Assembly (NCBI GenBank): GCA_965153355.1
Contig: OZ231126.1
Coordinates: 33,728,001 to 33,792,000, forward strand
Direction: 5' to 3'
Source: Flaccisagitta enflata
Taxonomy: Eukaryota
Length of the DNA stretch: 64,000 nucleotides
The notes under the pieces are model-generated. The model saw only the letters and a list, made by a program, of their open reading frames with translations, was not told the origin of the DNA and did not search any database. Positions 39,705 to 56,947 of the stretch are shown here, piece after piece (within the stretch, counting starts at the first letter, position 1; each line of letters starts with the position of its first letter). The position numbers and the translations under genes were made by a program.

Positions 39705-42267
39705 TTCTTCTTCTTCTTCTTCTTCTTCTTCTTCTTCTTCTTTTTCTTCTTCTTCTTCTTCTTCATGCCTTCTAAGCGAGCACGAAAAACCTTATCTCCC
39801 TAGTATTCCATGCCCTCTAGTGAAATTTGCCTTGTAGGCGGGTGCGCTAAAGACGGGTTTCCTCAACAATAAAACAAAGGCAAAAAAGTTGGGACTTTTA
39901 AAATCATGCCATCTAGCGAGGGATGCCTTATTTGCGGGTGCGCTCTAGTGAAGCTCGACTGTAGTTTTTTTTTCATTGTGGCTACAAAAATGATTGGAAT
40001 GCCTTCAAATTTGAAATGGAAGTCCCTAATAAATGCAACTACCATCATGCAAAAAATTGTGGCCCTCTTTAAATGACTTCATAGGAAAATTTGGCCACAA
40101 AAACCTAAATTCGCTCCAAAAAAATCAAGTTTTTGATTTCATTGACCTAAAAACAACATTTAAAGGTCAGGGTCCCCCAATTTTTTTTTCTCTTTTGCTA
40201 ATATAAGATGTTTGGAGGTTCCAAAAAAAATTTCAGGTCATATTTCCAAGAACTGACTGAGATATGACCATTTGAAGTGACATGGTAAAATTGAAAAAGG
40301 GGTCCCAATAATATTAATTCATGATTGGGGACACTAAAAAGGCCCAAAAAGGGCCCCTAAAGTGAAAAAAAGTTTTTTTTTACATTGGCTACAAAAATGA
40401 TTGGAATGCCTTCAAATTTGAAATGGAAGTTCCTAATAGATGCAACTACCATCATACAAAAATTGTGGCCCCCCTTAGATGACTTCATAAGAAAATTTGG
40501 CAAAAAAAAAAAAATTGCTCCAAAAAAAATCAGGTTTTTGAGTTTGAGTTTGAGTTTGAGTTAAAAACAACATTGAAAGGTCAGGGTACCCCATTTTTTT
40601 TTCTATTTTGCTGAAATAACATGTTTGGAGGTTGCAAAAAAAATTTCAGGCAATATTATAAAAAAATGGCTAAGATATGACTATTTGAAGTGACGTGGTA
40701 AAACTGAAAAACAGCGAAAATAACCATTTTTTGAGATTCTTTGAAAATTTTCAGTACAAAAATAGGTCCCAATAGTTTTAATTTATATTTGGGATCACTT
40801 AAAGTTATAGGAAAATAAGGGGGTACCTAAAAAGCCCAAAAAGGGCCCCTAAAACAAAAAAAATATATTTTTTTTTCATTACGGTTACAAAAATGATTGG
40901 AATACCTTCAAATTTGAAATAGAAGTTCCTAATTAATGCATTCTTGTTTTCCTTGTCTCTTACATCTTGGAGTTTCCCTAACTATGAATTAAAACTATTG
41001 GGCCCTTTTTTGTACCAAATATTTTCAAAGAATCCCAAAAAATGACCATTTTCGCCAGTTTTCAGTTTTACCACTTTACTTCAAATGGTCATATCTAAGC
41101 CACTTTTTTTAAATATGGCCCAAAATTTTTTTTGGAACCTCCAAAGATGTTATATTAGCAAAAAAGAAAAAAAATTGGGGTACCCTGACCTTTAGATATT
41201 GTTTTTAGGTCAATGAACTCAAAAACCTTATTTATTTTGAGCGTTTTTTTATTTTGGTGGCCAAATTTCCCTATGAAGCCATTTAAAGAGGGCCACAAAT
41301 TTTCACATGATGGTAGTTGCATTTATTAGGAACTTTTTTTTTCAAATTTGAGGACATTCCAATCATTTTTTTAGCCATAATGAAAAAAAGAACTTTTTTT
41401 TTCGCTTTAGGGGCCCTTTTTGGGCCTTTTTAGGTACCCCACAATAGCCCCACCATTATGATTCTTGTTTTCCAAATCTCTCACATCTTTAAGTGTCCCC
41501 AATCATGAATTAAAACTGTTGGTACCCCTTTTTGCACTTAATTTCTTCTAAGAATCCCCAAAAATAGTCATGTTCGCCATTTTTTAATTTTACCACGTCA
41601 CTTCAAATAGTCATATCTCAGTCAGTTCTTGGAAACATGACCTGAAATTTTTTTTGGAACCTCCAAACATCTTATATTAGCAAAAAAGAAAAAAAAATTG
41701 GGGGACCCTGACCTTTAAATGTTGTTTTTAGGTCAATGAACTCAAAAACCCAATTTTTTTGGAGCGATTTTTGTTTTTTGTGGCTAAATTTTCCTATGAA
41801 GTCATTTAAGGAGGGCCACAATTTTTTGCATGATAGTAGTTACATTTATTAGGAACTTCCATTTCAAATTTAAAAGCATTCCAATAATTTTTGTAGCCAC
41901 AATGAAAAAAAAACCATCAAGTTTTTGTTTTAGGGGCCCTTTTTTAGCCTTTTTAGGTACCCCACAATAGCCCCATCATCATGATTCTTGTTTTACTAGT
42001 CTCTTACATCTTGAAGTATCCCCAACAATGAATTTAAACACTTGGCCTACATTTAAGTACAAAATTTTGGCTAAAAATACCCAAAAATAACCATTTTTTG
42101 GTGTTTTTTTTGGGCCGTTTCTAAACGCCCCCGCGTAGGGCTCTAAAAAGGTCACGGTTGGATTCCCCAGGTTTTTTTACACAAGATTGACCTTTTTTTA
42201 GCCTCCTTACTCAATTTTTTTTTGCGACTAGAAATAATGCAGCTAGCTCAACTTGTGCAGGTGGCGG
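38689..42267. mobile_element. 3.6-kb foldback DNA transposon with internally repeated arms (subunits of roughly 0.4-0.5 kb) and 4-bp TSD ACAA
   Basis: acaa|ccgccacctgcacaagttg ... caacttgtgcaggtggcgg|acaa; 38737-39030 and 39964-40940 are mirrored by 40940-42215. Confidence 0.85.
39036..39961. mobile_element. Tc1/mariner-type MITE nested in the foldback arm; contains a (TTC)n tract
   Basis: TA|cagttaagcttcactaga ... tctagtgaagctcgactg|TA; removing it restores continuity with the opposite arm. Confidence 0.8.
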
Positions 42268-42786
42268 ACAAAGAACCATCATCGTGTCATCACCACCATC
42301 AAGTGTCTTCTATTTCTCATGCAGTTGTAATTGCCACAACAGCAAAAACATCGCATGATGGTATCATTATTATTGATTAGTGATCACACCCACTTTCATC
42401 TGCATCACTGGCGTGCTCATGTTCCTTTTAAAAAAAAAAGTGCCACCAGAGCTACAGTATTCATCTTAATCTAGAACCCGATCACTACCGCTATCATGGC
42501 ATTTAATGCGTAATATCAACCGTCGAAAACATGACAACTCGGATGTACCAATTTGGCACTACTAACTATTTCAATTCAATTTAGAAAAGTGGACATCGCC
42601 ATTGTTATCATGATACATATCATGAACAATTGGATAAAAACCATAACTAATGGCATGAATGATTTCCCACCAACCTTTAAGTTTAACTATTGCTTGACAA
42701 AACCACCGACCAATCTGTCTCACACGCGGTTTTACGTTCCCCATTTTCCCTCTTCTTTTTAGATGCGTCCTCGCATCTCTATTATA

Positions 42787-43783
42787 CAGTGCGACTCATA
42801 AAAAAAGAAACAACTTTCATTCTAATTTTACATAGTTTAAATTCCACAAATCAAATTGTTATTCATGAGCGTTTTAAAGAGCTTCAAAAAATGAACAATT
42901 TGTCACCAGTCCCATCGAATTTGATCAATTCCTTTGGATTCTATGTTAAAAGGAAGACAAATGTATCAAAACCTAAGTGGGAAAACAATAGATTTTCTTT
43001 CATAGTTTTTAGAGGAGAAATTTTAGTAAATCAATTGTAATTTCTTAACAAATTTAGCCAGTAACTTGAGAAACAGCTCAAATTACAGATTTTTTTAAGG
43101 GCTTTTGCAATGTCATGGATTTTGATAGGTTTTCACTTGACTTAAACCTTTTATGATTGACAAAAGAAAGAATTTTTTCATCACACAAATTTATAGAAAA
43201 AGGGATCTTTTTCCCATCTTATAATATCCATGTTTGAATAGAAAAAAAGTAAACAAAATCAGTGACCATTTGAAAGATCTTCAAAAGATCTTTCATTCTA
43301 GACCAATCCCAGCCTCCTAGCTTCACTCGTTTGGAAATGGCATTAGTTAAAAGTTAAATGGATACATTTTGGCTATGCGCCATTTCAAACTTGATAATCA
43401 ATACTGTCCAGTCTTTTCTTCACTGTGTCTAAACGAATTGATCTAAAACTGTAAGATTGGCGGCAAATGAAAGCTCTTTTGAATATCTTTCAAATGGTCT
43501 ATGATATCAAGTGATTTCCTGTACTGCAAAGAATAAAAATCAAATAAAAAAGGTCCCTTTCATTACATCTTTTGAAGAATTCACTGTTCACACACAGATT
43601 ATGACACCATATCTTCTTTTTACAATAAAATCTAAAATAATTGATTTAACCTTGTGGGATTTGTGATATTGGCTTCATTTGATGACACTCTTTCTATATC
43701 TCATAAAGAAAATATCAAAAAGTCATTTTTTTCATGAGAAATATCTTATTGAACAGCTGTTTCCTTTTTTATGGTTCGCAGTG
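42787..43783. mobile_element. Tc1/mariner-type MITE inserted into a Helentron-like element
   Basis: TA|cagtgcgactcataaaaaaagaaac ... gtttcctttttatggttcgcagtg|TA; it splits tagatgcgtcctcgcatctctat from ggctgtgtccgttggtcgg. Confidence 0.75.
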
Positions 43784-45479
43784 TAGGCTGTGTCCGTTGG
43801 TCGGTTGGTTGGTCGGTTTGACGGTAACGCATTCATTAAAAACATCAAAATCAAGCATTTTTAGGTGCGCCAACGCTCCTCTATAACTAGCTTTGTCCGT
43901 TGGTCTGTCAGTTGGTCAGTCTGTCAGTAACGCATTCGTTCGACGATCCACACGGCGCACCTTATTGGCCTACTTGGCCTTGTTTTCAAATGAAAAGTTG
44001 TTCTACCCCAGTAAAAGAAGCATACATCAAGTAATTCAATCATTCATTCATTTATTCATAAATGATATTCATTCATGAAATAAACATTCATTCATAAAAA
44101 ACGTTCATTCAAAGAGAACGCATCGTTGGCCTACTTGGCCTTGTTTTCCCTGGCTCGAGCTTGCGATCCTGTATTTGGACGGAATTGGTAATTTCCTTTC
44201 TTATCTCAGGACATGTTCCACCACACCCCCGTTACCCGGGACCCGCGTCCCATTCTCACGCTCACAGGTCCGCAATGGGAATTTAACATCTCATTTTAGA
44301 ATAGATTTTTTCTCTTTCTCGCCTTTTCAGAGCGACGTCCAATTGATGCGCCCTTTTTTGTCGCTTGCTAAGCCACTCTATAAGAGGATGTGTCCGTAGG
44401 TTGGTAACGCGAAATTTTGGATGACGCCAAATTAACTGAAACAGCGACTTCTGAGTATTACTGCTCCTGCCCAGCCATGCCAGAGCCCCAGTCCACCAAC
44501 CAACTGCCCTTTCCCACCTGTATTATGCCCCTGCCCACCCGCGAGCGAGTAGCCTTGTAAGCCCTTGTTAGATAAGATATTAGAATAAGATGTTAAAATG
44601 AGGAAATAAGAATGTATATATCCCCTCCCCGAGCTGCAAGTTGCGTGATGTGAAATTTGTTTTATATTTTGAGATAAAGATGGAAACAGATGGAGAGAAA
44701 AAATTGTTTAAAAAAGTTGCATTAGTTACCGTCGGACCTACCGTCGGACCGACAGACCAATATACACATCGTCTAATAGAAAAGCGAGGACGCACCTAAA
44801 AAAAAGAGGATATTCTTATCAATTTTGAGCTAAGGCTTCCTTGAGATTTGAATTTCTGTTTCCAAGGAATTCACGTGAGTGTCTTATCGCAAAAATAACA
44901 AGACCCGTTTTTAGGTGCGCCAACGTACCTCCATAACCTGTCGTGTCTGTCCGTTTGTCGGTTGATCGCGCACCTATTTGCCTAATTGGCCTTGTTTTCT
45001 GTGTTTATTTAATTCGTCATCATTAATGCGATATCATTCATAATGCGAAATTTACACGGAGGAACGACTCGGAGACTGCACTCTGAGACTGTGCACGGGA
45101 TGGTTGCAATAGCTGATGAGACCTGGAAAAAAGAACATCTGAGACTCACTCTCAAAATGCCATTAGAACTACAATTTAATGGGCAGAAAGGGAAGAAGCG
45201 CGACGCGAGTCGCCAGGGCGTCACAGGCCTCACAGGCGTCAGAAGCGCCGTTACGTTTTCATTTGCATGAACTGATCGAGACAAGATACAGCTGCGACTG
45301 GGCAAAAAAACAAGGTAGCTGACATGACCAATAGATGCCGCCTCACTTAGTCTCGCAAATGTCCTCGACTCGAACACTACGCACCGACGGATGGACCGAC
45401 GGACAAAGCCTCTGCGTGTCCGCAACTAAACATAACTCAAAAAATATTGAGACATATGTACAAACAGATGGTTCGACAT

Positions 45480-45818
45480 TAGGGTGACCAAAAGTATGGT
45501 CGAATTCGAATTTCATCTTTCTCGCGGGAGAAACGTGACCATTTCCATCACAGATGATGACCCTAAAATCTGGTGATGATCAGATAAAGTCTACTCATGA
45601 CCGCCACTCCCATTATATCCCATAGAAACTGCACAGAAGAAGTTCTGGTCTTATTCCAGCCCTATATTTTATAATGGGAAAAGGGGTGGGGTGGCGGTCA
45701 TGAGTAAATTTTACCTGATCATCACCAGATTTTAGAGTCATCATCTGTGGTGGAAATGGACACATTTCTCCCGCAAGGAACACTAAATTCGGATTTGACC
45801 ATACTTTCAGTCACCCTA
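45480..45818. mobile_element. Palindromic hAT-type MITE with a perfect 8-bp TSD
   Basis: TTCGACAT|tagggtgacc...gtcacccta|TTCGACAT; arms about 140 bp. Confidence 0.88.
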
Positions 45819-46683
45819 TTCGACATACGTTATACGCATGTCGATCGATCTGTATGTATGTTTCATTGTTTGTCTTCGCGATTGAAAATGAGCCAAGTAT
45901 AGATGGATCGACATATATGTATCTAAACAGATGGATCGACATACATATAATGTATGGACACTGGCCCAGAATTACTTTTCTCAACATTCACCACCCCTAA
46001 TCACCATACGTACGTGTACTTCAATCCATCTATATTTAGTTCATTTTCGATCGCAGACCTTTTTTCCCTAAACTGGCTTGTTTTAAATGTCAAATCATCA
46101 ATCTGCTGATCTCCTATGGCAATCACAGAAGCTTTTTTGATGTTAAAGCGTTCATCTCATGGCTTATACTATGAATTCTTTCTCGAGATCTAATTTTAGC
46201 GTTTTAAATGTCGTTTAGAAGTCTTCTATTTCCTTCGAGTTCTCTTTTGTCTCATCAATTTGACTTACAAATTATATGATAGTAAAAATCCGTTTGAGTT
46301 ATTATCCTTTTTTTTCGTCACGTAACTACGCCAACGTCATCGTCGTCATCGTCGTAATCGTCATTTGCTCATCGTCGTCATTGTCGTCGTTAATGTCATC
46401 GTCGTCCACATTAACAGAATCATCCCTTTTTCACTTCATTGACATGCATCGGAAAGAGTTACGAAGGGGGACACTCTGGCGTCCCTCTCTCCAGGGAAGC
46501 TCGAAAACAGATTTCTCTCAGTCTCTTGTCTCTCTGTCCGACAGAGTCTGTCGAGGGATTTATTTTTCTATGTATACCTCTCTGTCTGTATTTTTGCGTC
46601 TGTATTTGAGTGTCCTCACCGTTGTCTCTCAGTGTATCTGTATCTGTCCGTCTTCCACTAGAATTGTCCCTTCTAGGTAGCTC

Positions 46684-46772
<89 letters not shown>

Positions 46773-47287
46773 CTCTTTGTCTCGCCTTTTTTCTAGGTGT
46801 TGTACTCTTGGAGGGCGGAGTTGGACAGGCAAAATGATAGTCAGGAGAGTTGAATGGTGTAAATTCAAAGGGATGACTCTCGTTAAGCGGAGGTGTGGAT
46901 TGTCGGGGTGCCGTCGGAGCGACTCCAATGGTACTTTCACTGAAGTCATCGCTGTATAAATATTTATACCGGGACCCTGTTTTTCACGTTGCCGCTCCAC
47001 GTTGCCGGTCGTTTGGTCTGTACGTCGGCCCCGCGGCGCGTCGGCCAATATCACACCGGTTTTCTCAATTCTGCACTACCGTAATGGGGAAATAAAACGA
47101 AATGAGCGTCGAAAACGGGCGTTCTAAAAAAAAAGAAAAACGAAAGGAAAAAATTAATGAGAAAAATGTGCAAAATCAGAACCTCTACTCATCAAACAGT
47201 GAAGCTGACGGAGCAAATGTGCGGAAAAATGAAAGTGAGTTCGTGCGTCACTTAGCACACAAGTGAGCCGACGGCTGAGTGAGAGCG

Positions 47288-47339
<52 letters not shown>

Positions 47340-47639
47340 TGACAGTCAAGCAGGCAAACAGGGATAGAACAGGCCGCGCAAGGGCAATATGTGGTCAGCG
47401 ATACCCATTGCCCTGCTTTGCATGATTTTGAATTTGAGTGAGTGGAAAAAGGCAGCGGCCTCAAAGGGGACGAAGTTCTGTAGATACCAGGGGGACTTCC
47501 GTTTGTTTGTTTATCCGTCCATCCGTCCGTCCCCCCCAGGCCCTCTCAGCCCTCTCAGGCTCGAAATCTTCCCTCTCATGCCTTGAATCTAAGAGGGGAG
47601 ATTTAGGGCCTAAGAGAACAGATTTCAGGCCTTAGAGGA

Positions 47640-48257
47640 TATGACGGCTTCCCTCCGAAGGCAACATTCGTGTTTCAAAGAAGATCAAAATAGAAAAAAT
47701 GTATATATGAAAATGCAGAAATAAGTGAATAAAGATGATTGAGATGGCTCAGATATGATATTTAAATGAAAAATTTGCATTGATTCAACAAAAGGACCAA
47801 GTTTAGCAAATGTTACAAAAAAAAAATTACTTTGAAAATTTGTACTTATTTTATTTTTGGTCACTGACAGGGGGTTGGTTGAAATTCTGAATTTGTATAG
47901 GAAATGAAAAAATGAAAAAACAAAGAACATAGTTCTCTTCCTAAATCGATTACAGAGAGAACTATGTTTTTCAAAATGCAAAATTTCCCTGTATTTGGCT
48001 TTCTTAGAATTTCAACCTCAGAAAATGAAAAAAAGTGTAAGCAGAAAATCACTAAAAATCATCAATTTCTTGCTTGTTTTCATGTGAATCGCATGGTTCA
48101 AATTGTATTTTAAGTCAGAATATGATAAAAATGTATGCACCAAGTATCCTTAGAGACAATTTGTCCACTAAAAGCATTCCAGCTTCATTATTGTCCTGAT
48201 AATGATGCAAAAAGTATTGTGAAACACTTCATTTTCCTTCATAAATTTTCCGTCATA
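47640..48257. mobile_element. Dispersed element of about 600 bp; second copy at ~61206-61822
   Basis: Shared core aaagaacatagttctcttcctaaatcg..agagagaactatgtttt and ends tatgac...gtcata. Confidence 0.65.
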
Positions 48258-50021
48258 TATTCAAGGCCTGAGAGGGCAGATTTCAGGGCTGAGAGGGCAG
48301 ATTTCAGGGCTGAGAGGGCCGGGGGGGGGGACAAATGAATGAATGGAAAAACGAACGAACGGAAGTCCCCCTGTGTTCTACAGGACTTTGTCCCCTTTGG
48401 GGCTGCTGCCCAAAAAACCAATAGAAAGGATCGCATATGATCAGCAATACCCGATGCCCTCTTCAAAGTGATCAAGTGATCAAGTAATAGCAGGACAGGG
48501 ACCCCAAAGGGTCAATGTCCTGTAGGACATAGGGGTTAATTTCCAGACATCCTGAGGGGGAATATGTAAGGTCTTGGGAGACTGATTTACATTATTGATG
48601 ACAGATTTGAGGTCTGGAGGGTAGATTAGAACTAATAAAGAAAGGAAACAGCAGAAGTCTAGCTACATAGGAAAAACTGTACTGAGACAGATCATGAGGA
48701 AGCATTAAACAGAACGGGGGCGTTAAAGAAGGGAGTATTGAAGTGTGAAATTAAGATATTCATAAGTCTCAATGATGAAAATACGTGACGGCCGAGGAGT
48801 CGGAATGTTCTCTGCCGCTTGAATGGACTTTCTTTATAGTGCAATGATGGATGTAATTCAAGTATTATTATAAATGTTCCTCTGTGTCGGGCGATGATAC
48901 GTAACGCAATTGATACATAAAAAGTGACGCGGGGTCACAATATCGTTGCGGGCGGGTGGGCAGGGGCAGCCAATCCCCATCAACACCCAAAGCCCCATCC
49001 AACCCCCTTCTAACACAGACACATTCACGAAAAGCTTCTAAAACGTCTGTTTTCCCACTTTTCCACTCATGCTCATGGACGGACGGACGGACGGACGGAC
49101 GGACGGACGGACGGACGGATGGACGGACGGACGGACGGACGGACGGACGGATGGACGGACAGATGGACGGACAGATGGACACGGACGAACGGACTGATGG
49201 ACGGACGGACGGACGAACGGACGCGCGGATGGACGGATGGACATAGAGTTTCGTGTCCGCAACTAAAAACAAGAGAGAGAAATGTAATGAAATGAAATGA
49301 AAGACATTTATTGTAAATGAAAGAAAGCATACATGGCGATCAAGAAAAGAGAGAGAGGGAGTGGATAAAATAGTGTTTTTCATGATTCAAGCAAATGTTT
49401 TACAGTGGGTGGCATGCCTCATGGGTAAATGCTTTAGAGCAGTAAAAGCTTTACCACTGTAAAGTATTTACAGCGGTAAAATTTTTACTGCGGTAAAATC
49501 TCTACCGGACTCGAGAACGCATTTAACAGAGCTTTTGCATTGTAAATCCGATACTTACCTTACATTGACGTCTTTATCGATTTCATTTCGATTTTCCTTA
49601 GTTTATAGGAAAAATCGAAAAATGAACAGCACCGAACAATAGCCCCAAAACCGATAACCAACAAACTGGCCTCAACCTGAAGACCAACCACCTAACTCAG
49701 CACGACCCCACACCGCCACACGACTAACCACAACCAACCCGCAACCACAACCGGCCAAATGACCACATACACCGGGTAATCTGTGGCATCAACTAATGAA
49801 ATTTAGTTCCGATGTTGCTTGGGGTTTGCTTGTGGTTGATGTTATCATTTGTGTTTTAATGTAGTATTTAAACAATTCAACCCCAAGCATCACCAAACAA
49901 ACCCAAACAGACCCCGGGGTTTAACCTCACTTCCATAGAATCAATTGAAACCAAAAGACCAAGAATAAACAAATAACGCGTTTGGATGCTTCGCATAGGA
50001 AAAATTGGGAGTATCCCTTCG

Positions 50022-50118
<97 letters not shown>

Positions 50119-51814
50119 AACGCAAACACACACACAAACACACACACAAACACACACACAAACACACACAGAATAGGATGCAAGAAACGATTGACAGAGT
50201 ACCAAACATAATCTTTTACTGGAATAACTAATACAGAACGATTGTCACATTATAGATGGTAATATCACAATACATAAGACACACAAGTTTTCATCATCAT
50301 CTCAAGCGGGGGGGGGGGGGAGAAGAGCCGAAATTCACATTTTCACACTTGATTTACAATAATTTAATGATAACTCGATGATTAGCTTGATGATTACTCA
50401 ATAATCAACAGAATCCAAAACGACGTCGAACTTTTCCTCAGGCTTTTGGCAGTCGTTGAAAGTTGTAGGGATGAAATCATCACTGAAAGCATAAGAGGAA
50501 TAAGTAAATGAAATTGAGACAATGAGGATAGCAAATGATTCAAATGGACCATTTGGGTGCTTCACAAAGCGAAGGGCGGGAATTTTTTTTTCACCCTTTT
50601 TATTATATCTGGAGTGACTAATATTAATACCATAACCATTTTTGTTTTATTAACAAGGCCAGATACACGGCTACCCCAGTCGCGTATGGGTGGGCAGGGG
50701 CCGTAATTGAGGTCACCAGATCATTTGGGTAGGAGCAGTGGAGCCAAAAACCCAAAAAAGTAAAGTGTGATGGACGGACCAATAGATGGACGGACGGATG
50801 AACCGACCGATAAAGTGGGGTGTAGTCGTGTAGCACGCAACTAAAAACTTGCTCCAAAAGCAAAATTTTTTGCAAGACGTAAATTGCATATGACACACGG
50901 CGGTCTGCTACTCCGCATAAGCTAGGGATGAGTGTCCAAAGACCTGAGTGGTGGAGAAGTGTTCCATGTCGCTTAGGGAACACAAATCACCCCTCCGTAA
51001 GTTTTTACTAAAGCAAATTTTTTGTCAAAATCACTTCCTCAATGGGAATGAAAATGACAGTTATTTGCTCAAAACGATCGAAATTTTTTAATCTTAAGAA
51101 AATCGTTTATCCTCTTCTAGTAACGCCATAATGCTGGGATTGGGCTCATTCGACGGCATTTTTAGTCGCGTGCACGGACTCTACACCTTGGTCTGTCGGT
51201 CGGTCGATCCGTCGGTCGGTCCGTCCGTCCTGTAACGTTTCTAAATTTTCAACGTTTTTAAATTTTTTAACATTTTTTAACATTTTTTAACATTTTTTAA
51301 CATTTTTTAACATTCTTTAACATTTTTGAACATCTTTTAACATCTTTTAACATTTTTCAACATTTTCTAACATTTTTAATAATTTTTAACATTTTTAAAC
51401 ATTTTTTAACATTTTTAACATTTCTTAACATTTCTTAACATTACAACATTTCGTAACATTTTGTTTGTCATTTCCAGACGCACGCGACTGTTGCCCTCTT
51501 GGGCTTGTTTAAGTAGTTTCTCTGTGTCATTCCAATCGGTCAAACGATCAAACGATCAAAATTGAATTTTCATTTCAAAAATGGCAAAACAATTGTATTC
51601 TTTTTTCATGGAGATTTCGATATATCTTCAACCGTTCCATGCAATGAAAAATTTAGTGATAGGTGGATGGACAGACAGACTGCAACTGACCGACAGGGCA
51701 GTCTACCAAAAAGTGGCTCAAAAAGGCTGCTGTATGCATGCGACTAAAAACACAGTGGCATTGACGCAGACGTGTCGATTACTAAGCTGAGTATCTTTAC
51801 CAAAGATATGTGCT

Positions 51815-54178
<2,364 letters not shown>

Positions 54179-54306
54179 TACAATGAAATGTAGCTTGCGA
54201 GAGCGAGAGTGAGACAGACAGACACAGACAGACAGAACAATAGATTGAAACAGACTAATACAGCAGAGCAGACTGGCACAGCTCAGACGGAAAAACAGAC
54301 TGACGG

Positions 54307-54380
<74 letters not shown>

Positions 54381-54944
54381 GGGAGAGAGAGGGAGAGAGA
54401 GGGAGAGAGAGATGTGGATGGGGGTTGGATGCCCCTGCCCACTCATCCGCAACGATATTGTGACCCTGCGTCACTTGTTCTATTTGCTCTTGAGAACTAC
54501 AAAAGGTTCCAAGCAACGAGACAAAGATGCTTGCACCGCTTACTCCACTCAGTCGCTTTGCCACTCTCTCCGTTTATGGGCCTGCTCACTTACTTTGCTC
54601 AATCCCTTGTAGGATGGTTGCTATTCATGAACATGTGTTCACGCTGTAATCGTGTTTCACAGAAAATAACGCGATCGTTGTCCTCAGTAGAAACACGCTC
54701 TAACTGAATTAGGTGTACTTAGCACTAATTAGGTGGGCTTTTGAAAAAATTGATATATTTGTTTGCAGTCTTTTTTCGTTACCTGAGTTACCAGATTTGG
54801 GGGAAAGCATTTGTATATTGCTGGGATATTGCTCTACTATTACATTGATATTTACATTTAGTAATACATAAAAAAAAAGTATTTTTAGATGCGTCCTCGC
54901 ATCTCTATGTAAGATTGAGCCAAATCCGGCAAGATCGAGCAAGA

Positions 54945-55020
<76 letters not shown>

Positions 55021-56947
55021 TCATGCGCGCGCTCGAAATAAAGCTTAGACGCAGGAAAAAACGGATCTATGGGTCGAATTTCGGCCATGTTAGTCGCGTG
55101 CACGCGGTTCTACAACCTGCTTTGTCCGTCGGTCGGTCTCACTTTTTTGGCGGTAGCTTTTTCGGCGTAACAGGTGGTTTTTGTATTGCTGCTCCTGCCC
55201 AAAAGCTTGGGTTAACCTTTTTTGGGCAGTGGCCCCGAAGGGGTAGATGACCTATGCTTTCACACACATGGGGGATTTTCTACTCCTTCTCGTCCGTCCT
55301 TCCCCCCTCTGACTCAGATGCTAGCTTCAAGGCCCAAATCCCAACCTCGAGGCCCAAATCCCAGCTTCGAGGCCCAAATCCCAGCCTCGAGGCCCAAATC
55401 CCAACCTTGTGGCCCAAATCCCAACCTTGAGGCCCAAATTCCAGCCTTGAGGCCCAAATCTCAGCCTCGAGGCTCAAATCCCATCCTTGAAGCCCCAAGA
55501 CTGGGATTTGGGCCTCAGGGCTGGGATTTGGGCCTCGAGATTGGGATTTGGGCCTTCAGGCTAGGATCTGAGTCAGAGGGGGGATGGACGGACGAGAAGG
55601 AGGAGAAAATCCCCCAAATGTGTGAAAGCATAGGTCATCAACCCCTTTGGGGCCGCTGCCCTGCTCCCCCATCAACTTCAACCACAACCTACTTAGGCAG
55701 GGCATGGGAACCGCTGACCATCTAACGCTTTTGCGACTATTATCACTGCCCCTGCCCACTTGCGCGCAACTTCGGTAGCCGTGTATCCGGAATTGGTACA
55801 CTTTTTTTTTATAAGAGACCAGTTTATAAGAGACATGAGCCTGAGATTTGCCAAAATTTTAAGAACAAAATAAGAGAATGCACAGGCTGAGATTCAGCTT
55901 CGGTCATTTTTGAAAACAATTTTATTCAAGTTTCTTATCTAAAAAATGAGTTTAATTCAAATTTTTCTGAAATATAGGTTGTTTATCTTAAAAAATAACT
56001 TCTTTTCTTAGTTTGCCTACAAAATCAGGCATTATATAAAAAGAAATATAACAATTATCAAGTTTAAGATACAACTGCTCTAAATAAGGTATTTTTATAC
56101 AATCTATACATTTATGAACGTCAAACAAATTAAAAAATCTTTAAGAGAATTTCAGGCTGAAAACAGACAAAAATTTAAGAACACCCAGGCTGAGTTCAAA
56201 AAAGCTGTCTCTTATATAAAAAAAAAGTGTATTGAACATATAGATGAATAAATGAACAAAAAGAGATATGAATGAATTAATGGATGAATGAGTGCCTAGA
56301 AAGTCACGAAAATGAAAGTTGTAAGGCACGCGCACAAGAGGAAAATAACAGAAATGAAGAAATCATCCATTTTACGCAATTTTACATAAGCGTGATGGAC
56401 AGGCAGACCAACAGACAGACATGAATTGTTATGGATGTGCGGTTAATACATACTACAGACTGATCATGACCGTAGCAGTTAGAAATCAAGTTCATTTGCA
56501 TTTGTAGTATGTTCCTAAATGAGCCACTAAAAAAACAATTAAATTCAATTTCCTTTTATCACAAAGAAACTCCATTTTCTCCGCGACCCCTTGACCGATC
56601 GAGTTGAAACTTTACACAGAGACACTACTTAAAAAATGCCGTCGAATGAGCTCGCGCTCAATCCCAGCATTATGGCTTAATTAAAAGAAGAGATATGATT
56701 TTGTAACAATTTAAAAAATGCGACGATTTGAACCAAGAGCTAGTATTTTCTTTCTCTTTGTCAGAATGATTTTAAAAGAAAATTTGCTTTAGTCGGGAAA
56801 CAAGGCCGGATACACCAGTTGCGGACGGGTGGGCAGGAGCGGAAATGTGCGTTTTCAAACTTTTCGACTCGTGCTCACCGACCGACCGACCGACCGACCG
56901 ACCGACGGACGGACAAAGCCTCTTATAGAGTTGCGTGTCCGCAACTA

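Noticed and set aside
39450-39837. Acidic, poly-E, poly-F and poly-S ORFs
   Set aside because: They lie within a TA-flanked MITE over a (TTC)n tract, with no supporting gene structure.
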